Shown one piece after another: positions 1 to 14,243 of a stretch of DNA of 64,000 nucleotides (position 1 is its first letter; every line of letters starts with the position of its first letter). The DNA lies in contig CM022673.1 in NCBI GenBank assembly GCA_012295275.1, forward strand, positions 13,206,001 through 13,270,000. The letters are read 5' to 3'. Below the pieces are notes generated by a model. That model searched no databases. It was not told where the DNA came from and saw only the letters and a list, made by a program, of their open reading frames with translations. This DNA is from Chrysomallon squamiferum. Taxonomy: Eukaryota > Animalia > Mollusca. The translations under genes and the position numbers were made by a program.

Positions 1-1019
1 TTTGTTTATTTTACTAGGTAATAACACTGCAGGTGTTACAAATGTAATTGTCAGTAAGCTGGTGTCTTCTTTTCATGTTTAATTTAAAATTGATTTTACC
101 AGGTACACAGGTGTAAACCTGATTAAGAAAAGAAAGAAACAAGGTGTGACAGGTAAGATGAGTCATCCTGCTGTACAAAAATGTTTAGATTGGGAAATAA
201 TGTGGAAAAGAAGGAAATAAAGCTACAATGAAAAGAATGAATGGTGGATGGATGTGTGGATGGAAGGACTGAAATATGGATAAATGGAGGGAATGAGGAA
301 TGAATGGATGAATGTATGATGGATTATGATATTATGGATACAAAGATAGATGGATCCATGAAAAGGAAATATAGGTGAAAAAATTTTAAAATTAACAATA
401 TATTTTTTTTTAAGATAACAAAATTTTAAAAATATTTTCCATGTCGTAACCATATAAACACAAACAGTAATTTACATTACACAAAACCATTTTTAATCCT
501 TCTGTTTAACTGGCCACATGACAATGAATACAAAGCTCAAAAAAAAAAAAAAAAAAAACCATTATCCCCCAAAACCACTCAGACAAAACGTGGATATTAA
601 AATGATTTTCTCTGACAAGCACAGAGACCTCAGTGTCACATAACCCATCATGGAATCATGCTCCTGACTCTAGAACGTAGATCAGAGAACAGAAGGTACG
701 TGGAAACTCTGATTAGCTCAACATCAGCACAAAGACATCATCCACAGAAGATATTCATAGGTGTGTGATTGACTCCTTCAAGCACAAAAGAGAGAATCGG
801 AGAACTGCGAGGAGAAAAGATTAGTTGTTTTGTCACAAACGGCGAAAGCCATTTTGAACTGAGGTGGGCAAGATGATATTTGCTACAAAACTTGTCACAG
901 TTTGTTGTGTTTGTTGTAATGTGGCATGATTGTGTTTTTCATCTGTGTAGGTGTTGTGAGTGTAAATGTAGGAGAGATACACATACATACATGCATACAT
1001 ACATACGTGTATATATGTG

Positions 1020-1021
<2 letters not shown>

Positions 1022-1058
<37 letters not shown>
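1022..1058. repeat. (TG)n microsatellite
   Basis: Uninterrupted TG run. Confidence 0.95.
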
Positions 1059-1060
<2 letters not shown>

Positions 1061-1599
1061 CAAATTTTATATTCTGGAGGACTTTTATTATTATATTACA
1101 AATGAATAAAAATCTAAATCTAAAAAAATAATAACAACTAGAATAATAAATATATTTATATATAAGTAAGTAAGTAAATAAATATAATAATAATAATAAT
1201 AATCATAATAAAAACAACAACTAGAATAATATATATCTATATATATAAATAAGTAAGTAAATAAATAAATACATAAATAATAATAATAGTAATGATAATA
1301 ATGATAATAATAACAATAATAACATCTGGTTTTTGGGGTGGGGTTTTTAAATCTTTCAATTATATTTTCTTTTTCAATCTTGTATTTTTTTTTATGTTTT
1401 ATTTCTTTCTTTCCATTTTTTTTTAATGTTTTATTTTCTGTTTAAACTTGTTGTTGTCACTTTTATTTTATTCTCTTATCAGTGAATCTGTGTACATGAG
1501 ACCCCTGCTGACAGAACAGTTTGAAGTCCATTGTAGAGCTCATCAAAGTTCTGATGTACATGCGAGATAAAGAAATTTAATAAGACTTACAAAAAAACA

Positions 1600-1930
1600 C
1601 TGACAACCTATGTCGACCAGTAAACCATAACAAAAATGGCAGACATCACGGGTAAGTTAGTGTCACCACCATTGTCAAAACAGCCGGCAATCGCTGCAGC
1701 GTGTATGATGCCAGTTTAGCTGCGACAGTGAGGACGGCAGCGTCAGCATTGTTGCAGCAAGCGGTGCTCACTGCAGCGTGTGTGACGGTAATTTTGTCAC
1801 AACGGGGGGAATAGGAACATCGTTGGATGTGAAGGGAGTGAAAGTGTATGGTTCATTAATTTGTATTTCAGCTGACTTGGTTTGATTAGGGGGTGGGAGT
1901 TCCGGCTGGGTGAGTGGACGACAGAAGTGG
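1600..1930. promoter_or_regulatory. CpG-containing GC-richer island, candidate promoter or enhancer
   Basis: GC and CpG content well above the flanks. Contains CAAAAATGGC (YY1-like, 1631), CTGCAGCGTGT twice (~1694, ~1772), GGGGTGGG and TTCCGG near 1890-1906, and a + strand donor G|GTAAGT at 1651/1652. Confidence 0.35.
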
Positions 1931-2737
1931 GACATGATAGTTTGTGTGTTTGTGTTTATCTCTGATATCTTGTTTGTTATTTCAGTCAGCCTTTGTGTGC
2001 AGTTTCAATGACGTTTTATAGAAAGAAAGATATTTTTTAATGTTACTGTCATTTATTTTCAGAAAGAATGTGATGCTTTTAAATAAATAAAACATTAACC
2101 ATAAGTTATTTCAGTTCTAAAATATATTATTTTTTTTATTATTATATTAATGGTATTTATTTTTATTTTGTTTATTCTAAAATTCAATACTCAAAAAGTT
2201 CATTTTAAAATTGCTTACAATTTATAAACAGTTAAATATTTGAAAATAATTAAAGAAAAAATGAAATATTTAAATTTTCAATAAAGATAAAGAAGAAAAT
2301 GCCATTTCTTTGGTTTTATTCTGCTTTTGTTTTCTAATTTCATTTACTATTTAAACTAAATTAATACCAGCTGCTGGCTACGAAAATTAGAAACAAAAGT
2401 TAACACATAACTCTAAGAAAATTGAAACCAACAAGGGACGTAATCATTTCTTTATTTAATTACTAAATCTATTTTTATTTTTGCTGTACATCCTTGAGAC
2501 ATTAGTACTATCAGAGAACAAAAACATTACAAAAAAAAAAATGTGGATTTCTAAAACAACAAGCATTAAAATACTATCAATATCCTTGTACAAGTGGTTA
2601 CTGGTAGAAAACCACTATTAATTTTCTGTCACTTGTTATCACATACCACAAGAGTAGATATATTAGTTTTTCTGTCACAAGTGATTGTCAAACATCTGAT
2701 TGTTTTAATACAACAGACTTCAAATGAAAGTTTCCAC

Positions 2738-2800
2738 ATTAACAGCAAGGAATCTTTTTGATGACCTCTCAAAAATACAGGATAGCAAACACAAGAGTGC
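2738..2800 (-). mobile_element. Decayed SINE fragment (middle domain)
   Basis: AACAGCAAGGAATCTTTT...ACAGGATAGCAAACAC resembles the units at 11080-11480 and the reverse complement of 36870-36920. Confidence 0.45.
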
Positions 2801-3244
2801 TTTTATTTATTTTATATCATCACTTATTGCATTACAGACATTTGATTATCTTAATACATGGACATCAGATGACAGTTAACAGCAAGGTCTCAAAACAAAC
2901 AAACAAAAAATAAACCCAGCCATTTATCTCAATCCAGTAATGATATTATCCGTATAACAACAATGCTAACAATTCTTGACTTTGAATTTCCAAAAAAGTT
3001 TTTATTAACTTTCAAACATAACAAACAAACAAAAAGAGAGAGAACTAATTCACATAAAATAAAATGACAATTGAATTAACACAACAAAATAGCCATTCCA
3101 CATGAAGTTATTTCTTTTTTTTGCAAACGGCGACAATTAAAGTGACTATTCCAGCCGTCGATGTTTTATTTTCCTCCATCAATTAACGTGCACCCCACTG
3201 ACATCAGACAAACGAAGGAAAATATTGACAAATATGTTTTCCAG

Positions 3245-3406
3245 TGAGAACCAGGCAGGCAAGGCTTCCTCCACTTTGAAGTGTGACCTCTGGAAAGGTC
3301 ATCCGGTACAGAAGCTGAAGTCAGAGTGTCGCACCGACTGTGCAAAACATTGCGAATCGCCGACTGATCGTGTCGCTTCGATGAATATTTCATACGAGCC
3401 AGTGTG
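3245..3406 (+). CDS. Candidate 162-nt internal exon (phase 2-2), product unknown
   Basis: Acceptor ttttccag| at 3244 and donor |gtaaga at 3407. Length is a multiple of 3 and one frame is open (ENQAGKASSTLKCDLWKGHPVQKLKSECRTDCAKHCESPTDRVASMNISYEPV). GC-richer than the flanks. No recognisable domain. Confidence 0.3.
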
Positions 3407-3984
3407 GTAAGACCATGTGTTTCGATGTTTGTCATGTCAGAGAGAGATGTAGCGGCGAGAGAGGTTTTCTCAGAGGTAAAATAAATACATCTACGGGTGG
3501 CGATTTAATAGCCCAACAACAACAGAAGTACGCGATAGAACAGAAATGATAAAACATAAATAAATTAATAGAATGGAAACGATGAAAATGTAAATAAATT
3601 AATAAGATGAAATATGAAAATATAATTAAAGTAATATAATAAAATATGAAAATGTAATTTTGTTAATAAAGTGGAAGATAAAACTATAGTTAGATTAATA
3701 AAATAGCAAATAAAAATGTAAATAAATTAATAAAATAAATGTATAAAAAAATATAATAAGATTAATGAAATAAAAGATAAGAATATGATTAAATTAATAA
3801 AACAACAAATATTAATGATTTAATAAAAGAATAAACTAAAATACTCCACAAATATAAATAAATGTTTAAAATAAAATATGTTTTTATATCATATTTACAA
3901 AAAAATTAATTAATAAAATTAAAATATTAATATGTTCCTAAAATGAAAATATAAATGAATTTTTTACATATATAAAACTTAAAC

Positions 3985-4055
3985 GTATCCACTAAACAGG
4001 ATTGAACCTACTACCTCCCGCACACAAAACAAATACCATACACACACTACCACAC
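3985..4055 (-). mobile_element. Decayed SINE head fragment
   Basis: CCACTAAACAGGATTGAACCTAC resembles the segments at 23545-23565 and 40400-40425. Confidence 0.35.
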
Positions 4056-4808
4056 AACAGTAACATATCTGAAATATCGGAGTGACAGTTCTGAGTTAAA
4101 ACTGTTACACAACAATCTGCTAAAGCAATTACATCAAAATGCTTCTGATTGCTTCATTCTTAACATATGGATGTTGTTTAGACAAGGGACTGGTCAAAAT
4201 TTCATTGGGTGGGGGTGCAACTGACATGCACTTCCTCATGGTTTTAATTTACTGACTCAAAAAAAAAAAAAAAAAATAAAAAAATAAAAAAAAAATCTCT
4301 CTCTTGAAAGTTATTCTCCACAGAAACACAGAATTGTTGACCTGCTTGTGGGTGTTGTACCTGTATGAACTTATGAATGTGAGGAATTATGATTTTATGG
4401 ATCATTACAAAGTTATGTGTCAGGTATGTTTAAAACCAGTTTCCACACAGCGTGTTTGTAATGAGGGGTGTTATATAAGCAAAAATGGATGCTGTTTTTG
4501 TAATGAGTTTTTTATTTAAAAAAAAAAAAAAAATTTATGTATATATATATAAAAAAACTATTTTATCTTTAAGAAAATATTAATTTAATATTTATCATCA
4601 CCATCATTATATTGTCATAAACGTGATTTAAAAAAAAAAAAAAAAAAAATTATGTTAAATCTGTATATGTGTCTGTATGTGTTTGTGTGTGAAAAAAAGA
4701 TAGAAACAGAAGTGGGAAGGAAGAGTATGGGAAAGAGAGATGGACAGACAAAAAATGTATGTGACAGAAAAAGAGAAAAAAGAAAGACAGCAAGATAGGT
4801 ACAGAAAC

Positions 4809-4915
<107 letters not shown>

Positions 4916-7900
4916 AAGATTCATGTCTGAATGTATTATTATTATTATATATTTATATATACTTATATATCTAAGATATCTATATGTCTGAGTACACAAA
5001 GGAAACATCTACACCTGTATGGAGATATGTTATTTTAAACAGTACTTCTTTGTAAGTGAAATAAAATAATATATTTAATTTTTATACCCTCATCAGCTGT
5101 GTGTTGTTGAACATAAAATTTTATCAGTTCAGGTGTAATCAAAATATAGGTGTGCTTAACTTCAAAGAAAACTTCACAGGTGGTCGATGTAACACTGACC
5201 AGCATCATAAAATGACCATCAAACAAAATGCAGGTAATAAAAATAGATGGTAAATTTGTGACTAGGAAGGTATGTGTTTGTTAAATGTAACCAGAACAAT
5301 TTAAAAAGTACTTGAATGACAGGAGTGTAAAAAATTATAACAAAAAGTAATTGATCTGATTAATAACTACAAAAATAATAAATAAATAAATAAACAATTA
5401 AATAAATATAAGTAAACATAAAAATAATAAAAATAAATAAATGAATGAATGGATGAATAAAATAAATAAATTTTAAATAAATAAACAAACAATAAGGAAA
5501 TAAAAAAGTAAATAAATAAATAATAAATAAATAAAATAAAATAAAATAAAGTAAAATAAAATAAAAAATAAAATAAATAACCATACAATATATTACCTAA
5601 AAATAAAAAATAAAAAATAAAAACATTCCTTCATTAAGACTTGAACTGAACACTGTCAGATCAGCACTGAAATGACACAAAAAATGACAGAACCATATAA
5701 ATGGATCTGTTATAATATCTCTAGTAATATCTTCCAAAAGACTGATATTCACTGCTGATGCACACATCAACTGCTGATTACCAAACTCATGCTGTTTCCA
5801 TTCATAAACCTTCAAAGACCAAAACCAAATCTGCTGAAAGAAGAGATCAGCTAGATGACAACAAACACACACAAACTAGGCTGATGTAGAGGAAATTGGA
5901 ACAATTCCAAAACAAGAGAAAGAAAAGAAAGAGTCATTTTCATTTCTTTTCCAGCAGGAAGGCTTATCAACCAATAGATGTTGTCAGGGAAGTAGTGCAT
6001 TAGCTGATTGATGGCTGACTTAATAATGTCACATCCTGTGATGACTTTTTAGTTTTTTTCATTCTTGTGTTACGTAATTTTTACCTGATCCATTACAGGT
6101 AAGAGATAAAGGTAATGCGATATTGTTAATTTTTACAGGTGGTATTTGCTGTATCTACAGGTAATGTATTGTTATTAGATAATTATGGAGGTAATTCATT
6201 TATAATTTTGAAATATAAAGATAATAATTTAAATTTAATTAATTACCTATCCAGTGCTTAACTGGAAATATATGTGTGTTTGTGTATGTGTGTCTGTGTG
6301 TATGTAAAACATGACACCAACTTTTTAATTAGCAACAAGCACTTTCTCAAAGATAGGAGGGCACATTCCATAACTTTTGACAAAGCGCTTCTGAAAAGTC
6401 ACGAGGAGGACAGATCCTGTTATTAGAAAAAAGTTCTAACCACTGAATCTAACCTGTACAGTCTTGTGTATCAAAACACCATGATATTTGATTTCTACTT
6501 CTCTCAAAAAGTATATACAAAATATTTCTTAATGCTAAATGATAGCAGTAGCAGTCACATATGAAATAACAACAGGTTTCCTTTCTAGTGTTAATGCTAT
6601 ACTATATCACTATAAAAAAAACCCCTTCATATTAGATATAATTATAATAATACATTATTATTAAAACAAACTGACATGTCATTTAACTAATATTCTTTTA
6701 CATACCCATTTAACTTTCAAAACTTCAACATATTTAAAAAGTAGAGAAGAAGACGAAAAGAAAGAAAAAAAAAAACTGTTTCGAGAGACCATCGAAACGC
6801 ACTGAGTGGCAGACGGGACTGGAATTGATTTCACTGCTGGGTCCAGTCGCTGCACTAAAAGGTCGTGTTAAATATTTAATACCTTCAAGATGAGATTATC
6901 CGATTAACTCATCAACAATTTACCAACTGCTGCAGCAACTGGACTCCACAGGGTGACTTTCTTGTGATTACAGAAATGTAATTGTCTCTCTCGTATAAGC
7001 AGGTGTGGCTTGTGGGGAAGGCTGAGGGGGATGAGGAAGGGTTGGACGTCTCCTCTCTGTTCGTGTGAGATAATGACTTACAGTTTCATTTGTCTCTCTG
7101 TCTCACTGGTTTGCTCATTCCCTTATTCCGTCTTTCTCTCTGTCTAATTCTCTTTCTTTCTTTTCTCTTTGTTTCACTCTTCAGTTTCTCCCCTCAATCA
7201 TTCCTCAGTCCCTCTGACTCTCTCTCTCTCTCTCTCTCTCTCATTTCACTCTCATTACATACGCTGAATGCTCTGACATTCACAACTACATCACCCTCCA
7301 CCAACAAAAACCTCTGATCTGCCCCTGATGAGAAAAGTAAACAAGTGAACCAGGTAAGGAAAATGACCTTAATTGTTTATCAATAATTAAAACTGATTTA
7401 CAACAAAAAAACACATTGTTTTTCACTGAGCAGATTTTTATATTTTCCAATCATCAACACTTGTACGTGTGGGTTGTTCTAGATATCAGAAAATAATGAA
7501 ACAAAATGAAATTATCTCTCTGCTGAATCAGTTATAAATGATTTTTGATTAGTATAACATTAAAATATTCCAGAATAAAGAAAAAAAGATGCACAGCTAT
7601 TTGACAAAAGATATATACATAAAGAGAAATATCACATTTAAAACCTAAATAAATTTACATACACACATGGACACATACACATGTACACTTATATACATAT
7701 ATACAGCTACATATGTATGAACATACAGACATACATACATAAATGCATTTTAATATGCATGTACACACTGAAAAAAAACAAAACATATTCATCCATATAA
7801 TAATATTTGTATGTTTACGAATACCAACATGTATTTCTATCAAACTCTCCACTGATTTACTTTATAAACTTACATTAGCATTAAATCATATATTCAGACA

Positions 7901-9434
7901 CACAAACATCTATATACCTGGACAGACATAAATATAATTCATTTTTTTTTTTATAAATACACATAAATGCAAAATGATTTAAAAAATATTTTTATGGTTC
8001 TAAATTCCTACATAATTTTATGAGCTTCATATGAAAGTAAATAAGAGATTTTATATTAATGTATTTTATGGGGGTAAAAATATTATTAAAAAACACTTAA
8101 TTTGTTTGAATTTCATCTGTCACAAACAACATTTTAATTTCATTTTAATATGTCTCGCCTCCTGTATTTTATTAAATAAAAGATTTACATGTAATAAAGT
8201 TAATATTTACAGTAAATAGGGAGGAACATATTAGATATTTGGGGTTTTGTTTGTTTGTTTGTTTTTGTTATTTTAACTTATTTGTTTATTTACTGTTTTA
8301 TTTTGTAGGTTATTTATATTTTATGATTTGTTTTTAAATTCTCTGTTTTGGATATATTTTTTTTTTTTTTTTATATTTTTTTATTTATTTTATTTCATTT
8401 TTTTTTTTTTCTTAGGCAATTTGGGGTATTTTTTATTTTTTTCTTCTTTATTTATTTCTTTATTTATTTACTTTCACTTTTTTTTTTCTTAGGCAATTTG
8501 TGTGTTTATTTATTTTCTTTCTTCTTTCTTTCTTTCTTTATTTATTTTTTTAAAATTTTTGCAACTTCAAAAATTCATCAATTTAAAATTGTTTTTTTTT
8601 CAACAGAAACTATTTTATTTTCCTCATGTTACCCATTACCATGAAATCTACATAATGAAATAAAACAAAATTTGTTTAATGTTTATGTTTTTTTTTCAAA
8701 TATTTTCATTTATTTCTGAAATTTGTTATGCTTATTCAGACATTTTACTTTATATTTAATCAGATATACTTTTTTATGTTTATTTCAGATACTATTTTAA
8801 CAATTATTTTTAGACATTTTTTTTTAACGTCACGTCACAAATGAAGAATTTTCATTGTTGGTTATGATGATAAATGTTTTAATTTCACTTCAGAGCCATC
8901 AAGCGTCAAAACAGAGTTGAAAAATTTGGCACCAGTCTTTTCAGATTTTTTATTTTCTCACACTAAATCAAACATTTGGCAACAGTGTATCCTGATTTCA
9001 GCAATAGAATTAAACATAAAATCTAAATAAAATTAACGCTCAAAACTCAATTACTGCTTAAATTTTTATTTGTTTTAAAAATAAAATGATCACCATTTCT
9101 ATAAATAGAAAGGACAGTAATCTCTTTCAGAAACTTTACATTTATTTTACAGTTAATTCTTCACAAGTGTTTTCTGCGAAGAAGGAAAAATTGACACTAA
9201 TGTCTGTTAAAGTTTGATTAAAGAAATATGTTTTAACTCAGATGGTCTTTCATGGTAAGTTTCATCTGTTTTTTTATTTTGATGGAAACAGTTACAAAAT
9301 TTAATATGTAAACTTGTTAGACTGAAAAATCCCATATGATCACTTTCAAAATTTGAATTCTCTTACATAATTCAGTGGACTATTGTTTCACTAGAAAGAC
9401 TATCTATCTATCTATCTATCTATCTATCCATCCA

Positions 9435-9471
<37 letters not shown>

Positions 9472-9725
9472 CAGTGGCATTATATACTGACTGGATACAT
9501 TTCTATATTTTTTGTAAATAAATTGCTTATTTACATATATATACGTTTTTAGTTGCTTATTTAGATCTAAAAGACCAATTTTTTTAAAAAGTAAAAATAA
9601 ATAGTTGTTATTTAAAAAATTGTATTAATATGTGTAGTTTCTGTAGGTGACAGAGAAATAAACACATCTGAATCTAAAACTCTCAACAGTTGTGAGTGAA
9701 AATATTTAACTTATTTTTTGGTGTG

Positions 9726-9771
<46 letters not shown>

Positions 9772-9835
9772 AATGTCTATCACACATTTGTGAAGAATGA
9801 TATGGTTTTATTTGGTTAAATTATGTATGAATGAA

Positions 9836-9866
<31 letters not shown>

Positions 9867-10469
9867 TGTTTTCTTTTTATTTATTTGCAGTTATTTTATT
9901 AACTGGATCTATGTATATCTGATAAAAGTTTCATGAAAAATAGTTTCTGAAACATTTACCAGTGCTGTGATTTGAACCGAGAACCTTCCAGTTCACTTGA
10001 CTTCATCACAGAAAACAAATGTCAGACCTTAACCTTTACAAACAAAAAAACACAGGTGACACAGACTATATTCTCTCTCTCTTTCTTTGTTTCTTTCTTT
10101 TTCTTTCTATCTGACACTCTTTTTCTCTATCTTGTTCTCTTTCTCTCATTCAGTCATTCTTTATCTTTTTCTCTCTATTCGTTTTTCTCGGTTTCTTCCT
10201 CTTTATCATTCTCTATTCTATTTCCATCTCATATCACTCAATCCGTATAAAAACTGTATGTCTTTTTGTCTTCTGCTCTCTCTTTTTCTCTGCTCACACA
10301 AACACACACACACGCACGCACGCACACATGTACAGACAGGTAAAGGTTACACCTGAAGATCAGTTTCATAAAAAACTATAGAAGTGATATTTTTAGAATT
10401 TCTCAACAATTTCTGTCAGAGATGATATTAACTCATTTAACTGAGTTGCTTATAACCTCCAGCTTTTCC

Positions 10470-10513
<44 letters not shown>

Positions 10514-11079
10514 TCTTTCTAATAATCTCTTGATATTTCAAAATAACATTTGAAGCAGAAACCTAGCTTTGACCTTCAACTTTTTATATCATTTTATCTT
10601 TTGTCTTCTTTATCAAAAGAAAAACATATTCTTTATAATTTTTAATCATCTCTAAATCATTTTCAAAGAATGTTATTTTTTTCTCCAATTTTCAAAGCTT
10701 CAAATAACCAATTAATTGTCAAAATGTGAGAGATTTTTGGCTTCTCATTTTGATCTCTTCATTCAAGCATCATTGATTTTTCTTTCTAAAATACAAAGTT
10801 TCTAAAAAATCAGAAAAACTGATATAGCTAGGCTATTAATAGAAAGATGCTATTAACTAATCAGCAATGAGAAATAATGAACTGGAAACCCTCAAGTGAC
10901 TAATTGTTAGTAAAATGAAATAAAACTATTTTTCTGTTATTCAAGAATGATCGAGTACTGGACCTCAAAACATTTTAATGTTAAAGATTATCTGGAGTCA
11001 GATTTACAAAAAAAACGAATTATATGAAAAAGAAAATTCACTACTGCAACTCTAAACAAGTGTTAGCAGCAAGGATTCT

Positions 11080-11480
11080 TTTCTTTATATTTTCCTAGTA
11101 AAAAACCACACAGCACAGCAAGTGATTTTTTTTATACTGATCTCTATAAACAGAAAAACAGACACCAGCAGCAAGGATCTTTTATACACTTTCTACAGAT
11201 AGAAAAGCACATATCAACAGCAAGGGATATTTTAAATAAATCTTTCTATAGATAGAAAGGCACATACCATAGCAAGGTACATTTTATACTGATTGTTCTA
11301 TAGACATAAAAGTGAAATACCAGCAGCAATAATATTTTATATATATAGACAGACAGACAGACAGACAGACAGATAAACAGATAAAAGACCCAGAACACAG
11401 CTAGAGATGTTTTATTTAGATCTTTTGATAGATATAAAAGCAGTTAACAGCAGAAAGGGATCTTTTTCTTACATACTCTT
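11080..11480 (-). repeat. Degenerate ~50-bp tandem array derived from the SINE middle domain
   Basis: About 8 recurrences of CAGCAAGG(G)ATCTTTTATAC...TCTATAGATAGAAA (~11085, 11117, 11166, 11217, 11270, 11321, 11398, 11446). Confidence 0.75.
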
Positions 11481-12289
11481 TATCAAATTCTCATGTAATT
11501 ATTTCTGACAAAAACATTTAACTATAAAAAAAAATAAAAAAAAAAAAAAATAAATAAACTTAAATTTCAGAAAAATGTCCTTCTATCACCTGCTTGTTCA
11601 GGTGTAAAAACGGGAAAAAATTTCACACACCTTTTCAAAACACCCTTCAAAAATGTTTTAGTTATTTACCTATGACTTTTCCTACATGCCTGACACCTTG
11701 ATACACCTTGACATTTCAGGCACTTGGAGCCTACTAACACCCAGATCTTTTTTCTTTTCTAACCCGAAGAACTAGCAGACCAAACTTTTGTAAACAAGAA
11801 CAGGTGAGATCAGGTAATTTATTTCATACCTGTAATATGACATTTTTTTTTAGCTCCAGATAAATGATATCTCAAACAAATTTGTTATGTTCTGTCAAAC
11901 AGATTATACAGGCAAAACAGACCCATTTAAGGTAAAAAGAAAAACAGAGACTATTTTCTAAACAACTCATTCAGAAAATCTTTGTGTTTATATTAAATGA
12001 AGTGAAACTCATTGTCGTTGTCTGTGTTTTTATTTTTTTAAAATGATAAATGAATTTGAGTTTATTCCACATAAATCTAGGTTTATATCTTTTTTTTTTT
12101 TTTTTTTATCAAAGAGTAAATTTTATCTTTAGTTGTGATAAATATATAAAATGTAAAATAAGAATAAAATTTGACTGAGTTTAATTCACTTTGCTCTCAC
12201 CATCGCTAAAGACAGTTTAGTTCTTTAGTACTTAGTAATGTATATATTCATACTAATTATTTTTTTATATGTATTTGTGTGTATCAACC

Positions 12290-12910
12290 AATACGCTGTT
12301 TTCTACTAAATTTATTCCAATTTATTACTACATAATTCTTTAGCATCAATACTATTTTCTGGTAAACTTATTCCAGTCATTCTATACATTTGAAAACAAC
12401 ACTATTTTCCATTCATTTCAACACAATTATTTTATTCTGTTCAAGACATTTGAATCAACACATCCCTTTGAATGATACTATTTTCTATACAACATATTTC
12501 ACACATTTCTCCAAATGGTACAGCTAACACTATTTTATACTGAACTAAGTTTCAGTAAGCCATTAGCAACACAAAATCTTGGCACCATAATCATTATTAT
12601 AGTCATCTGCAACAACACATTTCTTCGAATTATGCTATTTTCTATACAACTTGTTTCACACATTTTCAGTAAGCCATTTGCAATACAAAATTCCGGCACC
12701 TGCATTTTATTCTGTTCAAGCCATTTACAACAACCCATCTCTTTAAAATAGTACTATTTTTCTGTACAACTTGTTTCAAATACTTTTGGTAAGCCGTTTG
12801 CTGCAGAAGACTTTTCACAGCAGCATTTTTAACTACCTAACTTTGCTCCTATTAGCGGCCATTTGTAAGACAACTCTCTGAGTGATGCTATTTTCCACAC
12901 AACTAATAAC
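12290..12910. repeat. Degenerate tandem array with ~120-150 bp irregular period
   Basis: Recurrent CTATTTTCTATACAAC, TTCAGTAAGCCATT and TTTTATTCTGTTCAAG blocks. Confidence 0.7.
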
Positions 12911-13584
12911 CTTCAGTCGTGCCATCCTCCATTGTCCACTGGGGACTTGTTTGTCTGTGAACCACTCCAAAGTCTTTGCCAAGTGACTCTTGTCACTGCA
13001 TGTGTCACTAATCACAGTCATGAAATAAAATATCGCGGAGGGGGAAAAAAAATCCATTTTAATATGCGCCTAGAGCGATTTTGTCTTCACAGCCTTTTTT
13101 TATCACTGAATGAATGAGTACGTTTGTTTAAAAACAGTTGAAGATGTTTTAATATTAATAGAGATGTTACTTTGTTTTTAACACAGTTGGAGAGGAAACC
13201 AGCTAGAATATATTTTACAGGTTTTTTCTTTATTTACCAGCAGCAGATCTTTCTTGTATCTAAGCATGGATTATTAACTGAACTGATAGCAACATATAAA
13301 ATATATGTTTTAGATAATTATTTATATATATATAAACACATACACATACATGCACACATATATAAATATACACACTCATATGCTCATACATATATATATG
13401 TGCATGTGCTTATATAAATATATACTCAAATGTCTATCTGCATAGCCATGTAAACACACACACACACACACACACACGTACTTACAGACACACTCACACA
13501 AATATTTCCCTTAGGAAAACACTAGCTAAGCTGACCTTTGATAAATCACTTACAGCTACATTTACTGAACTAAAAAGATTTACT

Positions 13585-13619
<35 letters not shown>

Positions 13620-14212
13620 CCACGCTCTGAAACATCAAACACATTTAATTAATAATTCATGTTATATTTTAATATCTTTAAAATAATTAATTACCCATTA
13701 ATGCAGTGGACATTAAACCCATTCATAATTCATCTTGAAAAAGAAATTACAGTGAAACAAATCTAAACAGGAGTCAAAAAGATGCGATTTGCAGAGAACA
13801 GTCCATAAACAGTTAATAAATATTTCATTACCAAGTCATATAGCTAATGTGCAGTTAATGACTGGTATTATATATTTATATACAGGACAGGCCTTTTAAA
13901 AATAATAAAATGAACAGAATTTAATAATCAGTTTAAAATTCATATATTTGTCCTTGGTGATCTCTATGGATGTAACACAAGTAAGATACTTATAGGTGAT
14001 TACACAGAATTTAATTACTGATTTTTGTTAAATTAATTCCATAAATTGAAGTTTAGTGCATAAAAGGGCAAAAATGTTCTCATTTCTGTGAGATTAAAAA
14101 AAAAAAAGGAAAAAGGTAAAAATAAATGCTCAGAAGGGAAATGAAATGAAGCGATAGAGAGAATGACTCATTTATTAATTCACTGCCTGGACTAAGCAAC
14201 AGACAGACAGAC

Positions 14213-14243
<31 letters not shown>

